Source: Phoronis australis (taxonomy: Eukaryota > Animalia > Phoronida). Taken from it: a stretch of DNA of 64,000 bases. The stretch spans positions 1-64,000 of the forward strand of contig NMRA01000290.1 of the NCBI GenBank assembly GCA_002633005.1, given 5' to 3'. Position numbers and translations under genes: made by a program. A model generated the notes under the pieces. That model saw only the letters and a list, made by a program, of their open reading frames with translations, was not told where the DNA came from and searched no databases. This document shows, in pieces, positions 23,939-38,900 of the stretch (its first letter is position 1; each line of letters opens with the position of its first letter).

Positions 23939-26900
23939 GTGAGAATAGAATTTGAAAGCTTTCAGCAACAGTTTTAGACCAGAATAGTTCGGTAATAGCC
24001 CTTTGTTTACACAAACTTCGTTAAAGACACAACTAGACTTTTTGCTAGCGAGTTTGATACTGGTATGTTCCTAATTTCGGAACAGTCTCCTTTCTTCTGG
24101 TGAGCAGGTATGAAATAAAAGACCGAGAGATAAAACAAACAAACAAACAAATAAAAACAGTAGCTATATTTCGTGAATGGCTGAAGGTGAGTTAACCAAT
24201 TTCAAGTTTTGAAGATCACTTACATCTCTTTATTCAATAAGTTACATCAATCATTCGGTTAAATCTTTAAAAACACAAAAATGCCTTTCATGGAAAGTCC
24301 TTTTTCTTTCTCAGGATTGAACTGGCTTGAGTTTTAAAATTGGTGCAACATATCTAATGTATTTGAGTTTTGCATGCAAGTGTCATTAAATTCGTTGGTT
24401 GCCTTTTAGATACAGCTGGTTGCCAGTGACATCAGTGTTACTTGTCTAAATAGCTGGCAGCTTGACCACCAGAATTTACAGCAGGTATGGCGTGTTAGTA
24501 ATTTGAAATAATTCTGATCAGGTATTATACAGCTATTGTACCTTTGAAATCATTCACCAATCTTGATAAGAATGGGGTACTTAGAGGAGCTCTCTCTCTC
24601 AATTTAAAGAAGTTGGCTTCAAATTCCACTAGACCACATTACTAGAACCTTTAGCTGAGTATTCTGTTCCAGAGCTGTCATAGCTGTCTTAATTCAGATT
24701 ACTGTGAGCAATAATCATAATGTACCCTGTGATTGTTTGTATGTGACTGTGAAGCAGTTAAGACAGTAAAATCTCACCAATTTAGGACACAATGTGAAAT
24801 TTTGTTTTCATTTTATGAAAGATAATTAGAACTAAATGAATGCGTTAAAAGATACCATTTTAAAGGTCTATGCAATACCTACCTTCAGTCAATGTTAGAC
24901 AATGTGAACATTCAAAACAATGTTAGGAGCTTTGAAAAATAGAGAAAAAAAAGTTTAATTGGTAATTATTTTTGTCTGAAATTGGTGAGATTTTCTGGTA
25001 GGAAACATGTCAGTGTTGCTTCCAATAAACACGAGAAGTGATCCAACAATGGAAAGTTATTTGAAATTCCTTGTCGTGGCCGTCTAGTATTGTTCACAAT
25101 CTCATAGTCGCTGCTATCATGACTTCAATAACAAATAATTTACCTGAAGATAATCAGCAAAAATGCAATTCTAGGGTTTGGAGTTCGATAGAGTGGCCAT
25201 TAGCCAGTATTTTCACTGAAAACAGAATTGGTGCTCATGTGGAGGAAATGATGTTTCTTCCAGTTAATTCATACAGTTAGTACTGATGTGATATAAGTGT
25301 TATCTAATTCTGTTGTTAGATATTCACCTCATTAGGGGAGCTAGGCCCCCCACAGACCACTAAAGAGTTTAAGTCCAGCAGTATTCTGCACGGCCTTGAG
25401 ACGGCCATTGAACTACTGAGTCACCCAACAGCTAAACAGCATGAAGTGAGAACGTCACTGACCGAGGAGGCTAGTAACATCAAGAATAAAGGCATCATTG
25501 TTTGCTTGACATCTTTTAAAAGGTTAAGTTGACAAGAACATAATTATCTTGCTAACTGCACTCTAATATTTGACCCACATAGCACTATTTGTCCCAACAA
25601 GTTTTCTTACTAAATACAATTGTACCCAACAATTGATGACAGTTGAGGTGTTGCGATAATCTCAATTATATGAAGTAATCTTGAGCTTGCAATTACAATT
25701 TTACGATATATGTACATTATTTGAGCCCCTGTGCCTATTTGCCAAGCATCGCCTGTGTCTGGAATTAGATGCAGGCACCTGTGTGCAAAACACTTTTAAA
25801 AAGGGATTGTGTTGCTGCTTAGTTGTTAATGTTAAATTCTTAAGCAAAACACGTTAGGGCTTAATTTGCCAGGGTCACCTAAACTTGAATTTGTGCCAAA
25901 TGAGCCAGCAACTGAAGTCATACACGCGCGCAATTTTTAGATTGCAATTTTAGTTTTGGGCAACCCCAATAAGTTCGGAAACATTTTGTTCAGTCGCTGA
26001 TTTTGATGCTCTTGTTAGTAGTGTAAATAGAATTCTATCAATAATTATTTTGAGAGTTGTTTTCATGAGAGAAATAAATCCTAATTCATTTTTTTTCGTT
26101 TTTTAGCCAGCTTAACAGGGGAAATTGCTGCTTTAAAGTAAAGCAAAGGAGCAAAAAAATCGAAATAGCATAATTATGTCTGAGTGAATCTTGACTTATC
26201 TGTTATGAAAGGGTTGGCATTGATATGTCTTCATGACGTATTTAAACGGAAAGGACTAAAACTGGGCAAAAGACACGCAAAACACCTAGCACTTATACAT
26301 GGAATAGCCACGTTCACCTATTAAGAGAACCTTAGGTGTATATGCCTGTATGTAAGTGAAACACTTGGGCCAAAAAACTCGAAACACTTAATAAATAAAA
26401 ATTTTCTTTGAAAATGCATTGTTTTGGATATATGTGGATGGGCCTAAATTCTTGCATCTAACAATAATTGCCTTCTCTGCAAAGTTTGCTTTTTAATTTC
26501 TGAAAAGCACGGGATTTAGTAAAACCTTTTTGAATTTACGGCTTTGTTACATTTGTTAGGACCTTATTATTTCAGATTAACTTCAAGTTAGATAAAAAAT
26601 AAAAACTTTATATAATTGAAACACCCTAGCAACATAAGTTTAGTGGATTAACTTGATGCATTTCCCAAGCCACAATCAGTCCTTATACATGCGTTCTACT
26701 CACCTCTGACCGTATTACACCTTTTCTTGTAGTGAAGAGGAATGGAAGAAGACTGAAGACCATGTGACCAACTTCATGTTACAGCATAACAAAGTAGCCA
26801 GCAGTTCTGACAAGTGAGGGCGACACTTGTCCATCTAGGCAAACGTCATTCTGCTATATCCTGGGTTAACATGTATTATGTATGGGGATGTGCTCATAAA

Positions 26901-29900
26901 AAGGGTCACTTTTGATGAAAAAATAATGCTAGCGTCCATTTTTTCCAAATCACCCGGTGTTGGTATACATTTCTCTCTGAAACTCCATGCCTGCATCAAA
27001 ATGTTAGTGAAAACTCACCAGTACTGTAGTCTTGTTTGTAAGAACTGTGTGACAAGTAATTTTTATGCAAACATTAATAAATTTCATGTAATTTGGTATA
27101 AAATTATTACAGTCTTTAGCAATGCAATCAGTCCAAAATTCGTATTTCTTTAATGCGCAGTTTGTTCATGCTTGTTTCAGTTTGATGCCTATTGACAGTT
27201 GTGAGCTTGTCTTTATCAACATTACTCCAGTTGGTACACAGAGCCAGTTCGACTCGGATGGAAGTAGAGAGGTTCGTCGTAAGATGTACTATAAGTTTAA
27301 CATTCACGGATTTAATTCATTTTTTAAGTTTTAAGTGTGAATATTTCAAAGAATAATTGCAAAATGTGTGCAATCGTGTGCCACCTATTGGTGAGAATCA
27401 GAGAACATTACAGCAAGTTTGGGGTCGTCTTAATCATCAATTGATCTTCTCCCACTTGTTATAAAGTACGTTTTGAAGATCGAGATGCAATAACCGTCAT
27501 CATGAAAAGGTATATTGTGTTGCGTCTACATTGAACAGCTGATCTGAAGAGAGAAATTATTTTGTGGAAAGCAGCTACAGATCCATCTTGCATCAAACAA
27601 ATTTTTGATTTACAGCACTTACCGCTAAAACTTGCTCCTTACTCAGATTGGAGACGATTCCTGAGCTTGATAACTAACCGTTCGTTATTGATTGAGGTCA
27701 GGCTGGATAATTGGCTTGTCGTTGTGGTCATTTTATGTGACGAGCGTGATTTCAAGCAATAACAGGTGCATGTTCGTCTCTAGCCCAGAAATTATTTCTC
27801 ATTTGAATAACGAACATGTTGGGATCAATTTTGTGAGGCAAAGCAGTCTAACTGAAAAGTTATTTTTTTGACAGCAGAAGGCGGGTCTTTAGCCACTTAA
27901 AATTTCAAACTCTGTGTTTTAATTTGCACTGTCATCAAATACCAGGACGTTGAAGCTGTGAGACGTGTTATTTTCTCGACAATTTGTTTCAGCTGTCGGA
28001 GGTGTTGCAGTCCCGACTGATCTCTACGGAAGCTGGGACTGTTTTAGCCAACAAGATGGTGGAACTGACGATGAAACAATTTGACCTGGCATCTACTTGT
28101 ATCACGGGAATACCAATGAAGGTAGTATCGGGAACTCTGGTTCAGTTGTGTCTTTGTACCTGAATGTGTTGGTACTTGTATGGAACAGCAAAGTGCGACA
28201 TGATGTGAAGCACATTATCTAACATGTTGCAATAAAAATTCTGTAGTTTGGGACAGTGAAAAAATTAATTATTTTGCTCAATGACGGACTTTGTGCCAAG
28301 TTTTCGAAATAGGCAATATTGGTTGTCTCAAATTCAGAGATTCCGATCAACAACAAGTGATCATTCACCTAAGTTCATCTTACTAACTATGGGGGCTCCT
28401 GAAAATGTATCTGTGACTATTTCCAATGATTTTATAAACTACCAAGTCTATTTTCACATTTTGTTGATGCAAATGCCTTGTCAAATTTAATAAATACAAT
28501 GAATGGAAAAGTTACGCATGTCCCTGTCTTTGGAACGAAGAAAGTGAAATTTCAACATTACAGACTTTAGAGACTCCAAAACTGGAGAATTTTTACCAAA
28601 TAATTACAATACATACTTTAGGTCAGAGTTCAAAGTGGTAAAACCACCATGGATATGCCACTGGTGGGATTTAGTATTTCCAAAGAAAAATTACAAAACA
28701 TATAAGTTTGTTGTATAACACGCCAGTTTAGTTCACAATATGGCAGACGAGTGATTTTTTTCATTGTTTTATGTTAAATAGGAGTAGCAGCAAAATAAAA
28801 GTTAAAAAAAAATTAAGATCTACACCATAAGTATATATTTTGAGAAATTGTGGACATTCACAACAATGTTAGAAGCCTGAAAAATGAAAAATATCAACTG
28901 TTGATTATTTTGTTGGTGTTGTATTCTACCATCTGTTTAATACTATAAAATATGCTTATGTTGAGGTAAAAATTTATTTATAACAATAAACTGTACGTTT
29001 TTAGGAGGAGCAGAATGCCAGCTCATCTGCCAACTATGACGTTGAGCTCCTTCACCCTTCTGCAGCACATAAAGAGCTCATTGCAACAGGTAAGTGCATG
29101 GATGGAGGTCAGAGGGGTTACCAACCCACAACTATCCCACAATTCAGTTGAAAAATGGCAGCAGTGCTGCTAGTTAAGTAGATGAAATCCCTAGAATTTC
29201 ATAATAGTGGTATTAAGTAAACGTAAACTTTAATGTACAAAATGTGATTGCAGAGCCAAAATGAGATGGCTCTGTTGCATATAGACGAAGTAGTCAAGAA
29301 ACACTCCAGTTGTCTTGCTGCTCCACTCAACAGTTGTCACAAATGTTACATTGACAAAGATCTGTGAAGAATTCACGAGCGACCAACCGAAACACATTTG
29401 GTGCTCGTATCGCAACAGAGCCTGGTGAAGTAAATCCAAATGTGCCTGCCCATTAATGGTTCAGCTGTTCATGCTGTACTTAATTTCAATATTAACCTTT
29501 GCCTCCATGTTAAAAGTTAATGTCTTACTTTATGGTTATGAGTAATGAAAATTTGGAAATTTTGCCAACATGGCATATCAAAAACAGCTCATCAGACTCA
29601 AATGAGACAGACACTATGCTCTCGATGTTGTTCTCCAGACTAAACATCAGTTATCTTCTGCTGAGCTGGACAATAGGTCACAAACAGTGCATTAGACTCC
29701 GAATAACAGAGGGACAATAAAGTGTGCCCTAAACTGGCTGAATTTTACCAAGGTTTGCTGCGATATGCTTATGGGTTTGACATTGGAGATATGATTTCAA
29801 GTCTTAACACCTTGGTAGGAAAAAGAATGACTGTAGTATAACTCGGATGAGAGAATTCTTTCTTCTGAGGTCATACTTACTGATATTGATCTTAAAAATA

Positions 29901-32900
29901 CCTCCTATGCTACCTGAATTTTTACTCTGCGCATGTAAGCACAGAGTATTGTAAAGTTGTTCCTTGGTTTTCTTCAGAGTGTATTCTTCTTATTCTTCTT
30001 CCGACCAACTTTGATACTTGATAACTTCAAAATGACTGTAGGTAACTCCTTCAAATTTGGGGTAGGCTTTTTAGCAGTATATACATTTTGATTCATTATA
30101 TAATCATTCCATAATGCACCAGAAGAGGTCATTTGGTGCAAAGGTCATACAATTTTTTCAAAGTGCTACTCTTCATACAGTTTTAAAGGTTTCTTCTTCA
30201 AATTTGGTGCACAGGTGTAAGTCAACAAGACAATTAAAAAGCTTACTTTTCTAAGTAATCAGGTCATCCAGTCGGGTTAAACTGGTAAAAAGGTGCAAAG
30301 TAAGATTTTGAGCTAGATACTTCAAATTCACATATCTGATTGGAACATGTAATTGAGTTCCAAATCCAAAGGCTTGTAATGCACCGAACAGGGTCAATTA
30401 GTGTAAAGGTCATCTTCTTTTCAAAAGGTTATGTCTCCTACATTTTTCAAGGAATTCTCTTCAATTTCAGCACAATGGTGTAAACCTACATGCTAAGCAA
30501 ATACTCTACTTTACGAAGCAATAGGGTCATCCGATCAGAAACAATAGGTCAAAGATCAATGAGTGCAAACTAAGATTTTGAGCTAGGCATTTCATGTTTA
30601 CATGTCTGTTTATCAATTGCGATTGAGTTTGAATTCCAAAGTTTCAGGTCATTTGGTGCAACCATGGGGTCATTAGGTGCATTTTTCTTCTGAAATGTTG
30701 ACCAATTCGTCCTTGTATTCTAAAGTGCTTAAAGTAAGAAATCTGTGAACTCTTAGCACTAACCACATTTTTCATCGAGTTTACATTTATTTCCTCATCA
30801 GGGCTCATAATGCACCGGAAAGGGTCAGTTAGTGCAAAGGTCATCAAATTATCATGTAATTTCTCCTACAGTTTTAAAGAATTCTTTTTCATGTTGGTAA
30901 ACGGGTTGTTGTCAATAACTTCCCATAACAATTCCAGTAAAACGCACGCGCAGAGTCCATTATTGTCACACTGTGACAATAAATGTGTCACACCATGACA
31001 ATAATCTTTCTAGTTCACTTTTATCATACGTTTTTGATCTTCAGTCATAGCACTTACAAAGACTAGCCGTTTGATTTGGAAGTCCGACAAATCAGAGTAT
31101 TTGTGAGTCCAGATACTGAGTTGTTTCTCCAATCCAGTTTTGTTGGCTCTTCATTCAGTTTTTGCTGCAAACTTTTGTCTTTTACCAAAAACAATGCACT
31201 ATGTTCAAAAGTTCAGTTCATTGACATTTCACAAATAGTGAAACCTTACGTATGCACTTGCCAGTGTAGAGATTGCTAGGATATCCTTTGTTCTCATCAC
31301 CTGTTAGCTGGAATTATTGATTTCCCACAATCCATTGCAAAAAAGCTGTGATTTTTTGTTCTTGACAGGTCAAGTGCAGGGATTACATGTGACCTCTCGA
31401 GAGATCGCCAACACTCAGACAGTCACACTCAAGTGGTGCACGCCCAAGTCCGTACCTACTGGTGAGTACTGTGTGACCTTGTATTGGTGGGTTTTCCGAG
31501 GTCAGAGGCCAAAGGTTAGCTTTCTGGGGAAAACAATGAGGATGAAATTGTTGAAGCCCTTCATGTGAATTGAGTTATCAGATAGAGCTAATAGGTTATA
31601 CGTATGCTTGCATGGGACTGTTGAAGTTGGCTCACGAATTAGCATATAAGTTTGTGTATTGGGGAATAATCAGAGAAATATTAACATGATCATATGTTGT
31701 CAGCACGCAATCTTTTGACATATTTATATGATCATATGTGTCTCTACTTTTGCATTATTCACAATTAAAGAAATGAATGCATGTAACTGCACTATTGATT
31801 GTGGTTCTTGAGATTATCTATTAGCTTATTTATATTAGCTTATTAATGGTGTCCATGTTTGTTACAGAGCTCTATCAGTGCACAGGGGCTTACCGAATCA
31901 GTTCTATTGATGTCAACAGTCGACCCTCTGCCTGTCTCACTAACTTCTTGCTGGGAGGTACTGTGTTTTACTCTAGTTTCCTAGGTATAGTGCATAACAC
32001 TGAGACTGCAAATTATGAAAAAATGTTTGAATCGTATTTTAATTAGTACTTTGTTGTTAGCTCTTTGATAATGAGTTTCGAACATAGGGCTGAATAGAAT
32101 ATAGTCTGTCATGCGCGTATTTCAGATTCAAACAACCCACAACAATGATATTCAAATGTGTAGACCTAGAGTAAATCTTGCATACGTTGTTTCCTTTTTA
32201 TGTAACTCGGGACAAAGTGTGTAGTACAGTAATGTTGTTCTAGTCTGTTTGCTCAGATCTTTTAGATAAGTCATATTTCTCCTTACTGAAATAAATTAAC
32301 TTGGTTGGGTTGAATCCAACTTGCATGAGTTTAACTGTATTCTAATGGGAATGAAATTCTTATTGGGTTAGGTCGCTCGGTGATGCTGGAACAGCCCCGT
32401 AAGATTGGTAACCGCATAGTATCACACATGTTGGCCAGTCATGGAGGAGAAATTTTCATCAAGACTCTACACACCTCTCGCTCGATATTGGAGGACCCTC
32501 CCTCCATTAGTGAAGGGTGCGGGGGTAGGGTCACCGACTATAGAATTACAGTAAGTGGGAAGATAATCATACTTTTAGTTGTTATTTACTGACTGGCCCC
32601 TCTGTTGAGAGTTGAAGAAAATTTATTTACATTTGAAGTGGTTTTAAGACATTCCTGTAGATGTCACTACATGTAATTGTCTTCAGAAAAACTGGTGATC
32701 TGTGCAATAAAAGCTGTGTTATTACATGTTGCAAATGTGTAATTAATCTTCCCGTCATTCTTTAGCATAAAAAATAGGTTGATAATCAAAACGCAAACTG
32801 TAATACTTTGAGAATTTTGTACAGTTTTCTGGTATATGTGTGGTTGCGTTTAGTGAAGCTGCACCATTTCATAAGGCAACACCTTTGGTCTCTGTTTGAG

Positions 32901-35900
32901 TCCAGGTCATCCCATTAGTGAGGGGGTTTCAGGTCACTCACTGAAGTTTACCATGGTAATGTTTACTACGTATTGTCCTTACTTTTATGGAATGCTGTAA
33001 TCCTATCCACTGGTTTCTTTGTAGTACTAACAGAAATGTATATATCAATCTATATTTGCGTTATGTTGGTTTTTCCTTTGTATTTCATAGGATTTTGGTG
33101 AGATGATGAAGGATCATCGCCTGGTCCCAGACGAAATGCGCGGTGAAGAACTACCGGTAGATGCAGGTAAATTCCGCTCCTCTTTGAGCATGCTTTGCCC
33201 CTCGCTTGAGATACTACACTGTGTCAATGAGTTCTAACGTTATTGGAGTAAACAGTGTCTTCTGTCTGTTTCTGGCTTTTTGTAATGGAAATTTATTTAA
33301 TCCATGTGTTCTTGGATTTCATAAGCTGAAGCTGTGTCAATACACATACATGGACATACCATATTTTCTACTATAATTTATGTACTAGCTACTCGCAGAC
33401 AGCTAAGACTGCATTTCCCCAGTATTTAGCTGTGAAGAATAGAAAAATTAAATAAGCCATGACTCAAGCTCATAAAATAAATATAATATTCCTGACCATG
33501 ATTGGACTTAATTTCGAGTTACCAACAATAACACCAAAGCCATCAGAGACTAAAAAATGCTTCAAAGTTTATTTTGGAGTTAATCAACTTTAAAATTGTG
33601 AATTCAAGAATGGAACATCTACCCATTGTCTGTGACGCGTTGCCGGCTCATTTGGCAGTAATTCAGTATTGGATAAGTGTGGTAAATGTTTTTATACCCC
33701 CAAAGTGTTTCTGTTAAGAATTCTACATGTGTGGGTAAACAATGGCAGAATAGCCCATTAACTGATCACTGCTTGTTGTTATCCACCTTTCAGCCAAGGG
33801 TCAACTAGAGAGAACCACTCGGTACTGGCCATTGGTCATTGGAGACACAATAATCTTCAACATGCTCTCTGTAAGTTAAATGACTCTGCAGGTGAAAATC
33901 TGATGAGATGCATTGTGTGCGATCTTGAGTTCATTACGTCCGATTTGACAGAATAGAACCTTGTGATGTGGTTCGATGCAGAGAGCAACTGTCTGACTGA
34001 GTGTTTAAACCTTAATCACAAGGTTTTAATACTGTCTTTAAAATTGTGTTTGTGTGAGTGACTCTTATCAAAGTATATGAATCAAAATGAAAATGACTTT
34101 GTGGTCACAGAGTTTTAGGCAGAAAGAACAGGGTTTGTTTGAAACATTTCCCTTCCAGGAGAGAAATCTTTTAAACTCTCTTTCAGTGCTGATTAGGTTA
34201 AGCAGAAGTTTTCAACTTTCAACTGATAAATAAATCAAGTTAACGGTGGTGAATGTTTCCGTATGAAGCGATCCATGACTTCCATTTGGACCATGGTTTT
34301 TATCATGTGCAAATCATTATTCCATGAAAGATATGTGGCATCAAATTAATGCTTTTCCATGGTCAAGTTGTGTTACCATAGATACCATCAGATATTAATG
34401 TTTTAAGAAATTGACCATTCACAACAATGTTTGAAGCATCAAAAGTTTGTTTGAAGCGGGTTGTGAACTTGGTGACAATCAGCGTACAGACTTTGACAAA
34501 ATTGAGTTTGCGTTTTCCCGCTAATGTTTAACTTCCAAGGTGTCTCGTTACAAATTAAAATAAAATGGCTTTTCATGGACACTTGCCAAAACATGCCATC
34601 TGAGTTAGAACTTTATTACTACTACTTCTTGGAGTACCCCTCTCGACGTCGTTCATTTTAGCATATTGACCCTCTGCCGTCACTAATTGTCAAGAGTGCG
34701 CTGGATGAAGATGAAGTTCTGGAGTGTAAGAGAGCGATATACCACGTTGTCAGCATGGAGAACAGAAATGAACCACTGCCCATACCTAATGTGGGAACTA
34801 GGACAAAGGGCACCAAGAGGTCAAGTCAACTTTTGTTAGGGCAAAGGGCGTTGACGTTGAGACATCTGCTCCTGTGTTGTGTGGCAGCGTGTCGTAGGAA
34901 TTGGGTCAAGAAATCGACGGACTCTCCTTTCTTTTGGGGCATTTGCCACTTTAAGTTGTGGCTCGATGTCACTTATTATATTTACACTTTTTTGGCTCGA
35001 AGTCCCTTCTTTACACTCAGCAACCAAATGCAAAAAAATGCGTACAGCAGTTCAACCATGAAAAGTAACCACAGAAGTCTGAACCTTTGTGGTATTTTTT
35101 TTTCAGTTTTAAAGGACTGTGGCTGATAAGTGAAATTTTTATTTCATGGACATTTTTAACAAAAATAAACTTCATTACTTCATAGCTTTTATTTTACATC
35201 TGTCATCAAGAAACACGTGTTGAAATTTTTACCTTTTTAACAGTGCATCAAGATTTTGGAAAATGACAATTTTGGTTTATTTTTTTTATTTGAATTTGAG
35301 GAAACACTACCATAAGTAACACAACTCTGGCCTGTTGCAGTTTATGGCAGATTGTGTATAACTGATTGTCAAAATGCTGCATAATTATGTGTTTTACTTT
35401 TTACATTACTGTTCTCTGAAGACGCTTAATTTTGTTTGCCCTTTTCCACCCGTTTAAATATAGTTAATCCTGACTGTTTCTAACTCATTCCTATGTGTGT
35501 GTCAGTCTACAGCTCATTGTTATGTGTGCGTCGGTTTACAGCTCATTGCTACTTACAGAAAGATCTGCAATTTGTCGATTTCTTTACTCTTCATGTGTTG
35601 ATATCTGTTACAGAGATGAACAATACCGTCAGATGTGGTCGGAGTTGGAACTGTTGGTGCGTGCTCACGTGGACGTGTCACCCCAACACCAACAGGTGTT
35701 AGAATGTGTACTGGAGTGTAAGAAGCCTGTGAGTGACAAGGGGCGTGCCAGCTCTGATCGAGGCATGGTTAAGGAGGAGAAGGGGGCGACGGAGACCAAG
35801 GAAGTGTCTAAGTATGAGACACCTTTAAATTAATTCTTAGTCTGATAGTGTTTACTCTTTAGTGCTTTAAGTTCTAGTCTGGACTTCAGGACTTAGCAAG

Positions 35901-38900
35901 TACTGTTTAAGGTTGCCTTCTAATCAATGAATGTAAAACATTTTGTTAATTGCAAAGAGAGTCTTATAGAATAGACTTATTCTGTGGCATACTACAGGCA
36001 TTGAATGTATTTTGCGACTTACACAATGGTGTACTTTAACAACCAATCTCAATTCAGATGATCTCTCAGAACTTAGATTTTTTTCATATGTGGCACATTT
36101 TGTTTCAGTCGTGACTTCTTTATATTCTGTTTCAGGTTTCAGAATGTGACGGAGAAACGAGAATTGAACGATCAAGAGACAAAAAAACCTCTGACGGGGC
36201 TGTCCCCAGCAAAGAAACTCAAACCCAGTCCTGTCGTGCAGAGCGACAGTAGCAATGGTGAATACTGATTCTTCGTTATTTACCAACAATGCTGCTTTGG
36301 AGGACACTTACATCTCTGCTTCCATACTTGTTTCTATTTTTCATCAAAATTGATCATTCAAATGTCAATTTAATGGTTTCTGCTGCATCGGAAGGTGCAG
36401 TGTTGGCGTAAAAACTTTGATTGGTTACAATAGGCAGTTCCTTGCTTTTTAACTCAGCTCTAAACTATCTTAGCTGCCTAAACTTTCTAAAACTAGATCA
36501 GTCGTTGCATTGTGTTTACCTCCACACAAAGAAGAGTTGAATTCTAAAAGTATCTATTCGGTGGCTTGACTCTTAAATGCTGTGATTTCACTGTTCAGTC
36601 CTACCAGTACTTTTACAGAAGACTGGTGCTTTTACTTCCCATGACTTGGGGGTCCATTCTTGTTACTGCACCTAAGAGGACTATTTTGAAATTTTCCTAT
36701 GCGACTACTCAAGATAGCAGTCCAGTTGGAATGAGTCTTGCTATGGAATCGGTCACATTTTCTGACAATAATCATGTTCTAGTGCATGTTGTATTAAAGC
36801 CTTGTATTTCTTTTTGTGCCCAAGATGCCATAAGTTTGATTTTTACTGGCACTCAAGTGGTTTATGAAGATTGTTGTTAAATTTGAATAGAGATATACTT
36901 ACGGATTTATTCAGCGTTACATTCTTTAATATAACGTTCACTTGACTTCGTACTAGCATCTTATTTACAACCAGAGCCCTGATAAAGGGAATGGAAAGTT
37001 AATTACTAACAATTTCTATTCATGTCATTTATATCACCCAGACAGACTAGCAATATGTGTGCATAACGGCCTCTTGACAAATACCATTGTCTCTCTTGTA
37101 GGGCCACAGTCTCTGTTCTCCTTGTGGACAAGCAGACTAAATGACATCCAGTCTACAAGACACAGTGAGTTTGCGGGTAGACTAGAGAGTTCAGGTAACC
37201 AGGCAGAGCTGTACATCCATCTCAAGCAGCAACAAGAAGAGAGTAGCAAAAGGTACGAGTCTCAGAGTCTCAGTTATGGACACAGACCCTCTAGTGGGAT
37301 ATGGGGACTGCCACAGCAGCCTCCTTCGAATTTCATTGGTCATAGCAATTACATGACATTACAAGTTGATTTTTGTCTGTTGGGCTGTCCAATAGGAGGC
37401 CAATAATTTATCAACATGACTTCTCAGTGCAGGATGTTTTTATCAGAGAGTGAGTGCAACATTAACGTTCTGACTAAAAAAAAAACAATTGGCTGCCTAT
37501 TAAATCGATGTTACAGTAAGATGAATGACTTCACATAATCTCCTGACGTCATAGAATAAACCCCTGGAATCAACTTACCCTTTTCTGCACATGTTTAGGC
37601 ACATGCTGGAATTTCCCTTATGTGTTTTTCCAAAGAAAATGTTTTACTGGCGCTTGAACTTCCCTGTCCATTGCATAATTATGTGAATGTCTGAAGTTGA
37701 GTATTATTTGACTATTCTTAATACTGTCTACTAGTTTATGTTCAATTGAACACACATTGGTGTTATGTTTTTTCGTCATTTTATCGTTATTACTTATTAT
37801 TGTTTCGATACCATTTTCCAATTATTTATCTAAAAACTGACTCAGAGTTTCTATTTTCATGAAAATAAATAGGGCTTAGTCCTTAATTTAGAGGCGTTGC
37901 ATGAAAAGATCCATATTGAAAATTCAATGTAGAGTTTTTACACTCAGTGTGTATCAGAGCACAAACTTGGCTTAGTAATGAAAATAAAACAGTGTAAGAA
38001 AGAACAGTCACTGTTTTGACAAGTCCACAATGTGGTAAAAAGTTAAGTTCTTATTTGGGACTGTTTCATGCAATCAGGCAGTGGGGCTTCACATATAGGT
38101 GCACAAGCTTAGGTACACTCACAGTACTGAACTCTCGCATGCCCCTTGTTGGCATAGCAGCAGTTTTGTAGATACAACTTTGGAAAATGTTAAATAAATG
38201 ATGTAGGAATTGTGTCTTTGTGTCTTAATGAACATGAAAAAATTCTAGAATATCATAATTGTCTGAACATTCATAATCAGACTGCATGTTTCACTAGTCG
38301 TTGTTCTGTACTTATTGCCCTACATGCATTCCAAGAGAGTTGATCATTAAAGTGGCTGTTGAGTGTTTAGCGACATTTGAATTAACAGCAAGAGTATACG
38401 AATAATTAAATATTACTATAGGAAGTGGCTGTGAAGCAAGGGTGTGTTGCTTTTGTTAGGCAAAAAAGTTATTTAGGATCTTACTATGGTCTGGATAGAC
38501 GTGGAAGGCTGTATTTTTTATTTCTTTGCCCTCTCAAACTTATTTTATCTCCGTTTTACATGTTAATATCTGAAGGTGTATTTTAGTGCTGTGCTTTAAG
38601 CAGTTTCAGGCAGAAACTGATTGTCTTTGGAACTCTCATTGTAAGGATGTGTATGATCCTTCAATTCCCGTTCAAAGGGCACTCAAGTATCGAAGCATTG
38701 CCCAGTCACTTACTTTATCAAAGGTTGGTCTCCCGGTTGCAGCTAAGACTGTCGTAGGGGCATGATGAGATTGCAAACATGACGTTGCTTTTTCTTAGGA
38801 CAAAACTCTCATAAATATGGACTGCAGGAAAATTATATTAATTTTACTTCCGTTGCCCACCTTCAGAAAACCCCTTTATGGATCTGTTAAATCAGTAAAA

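Noticed and set aside
37253-37406. Read-through of INTS13 exon 16 as the true C-terminus
   Set aside because: A good AG|GTACGA donor and a phase-compatible exon at 39016 with poly(A) signals explain it better. Intron retention cannot be excluded.
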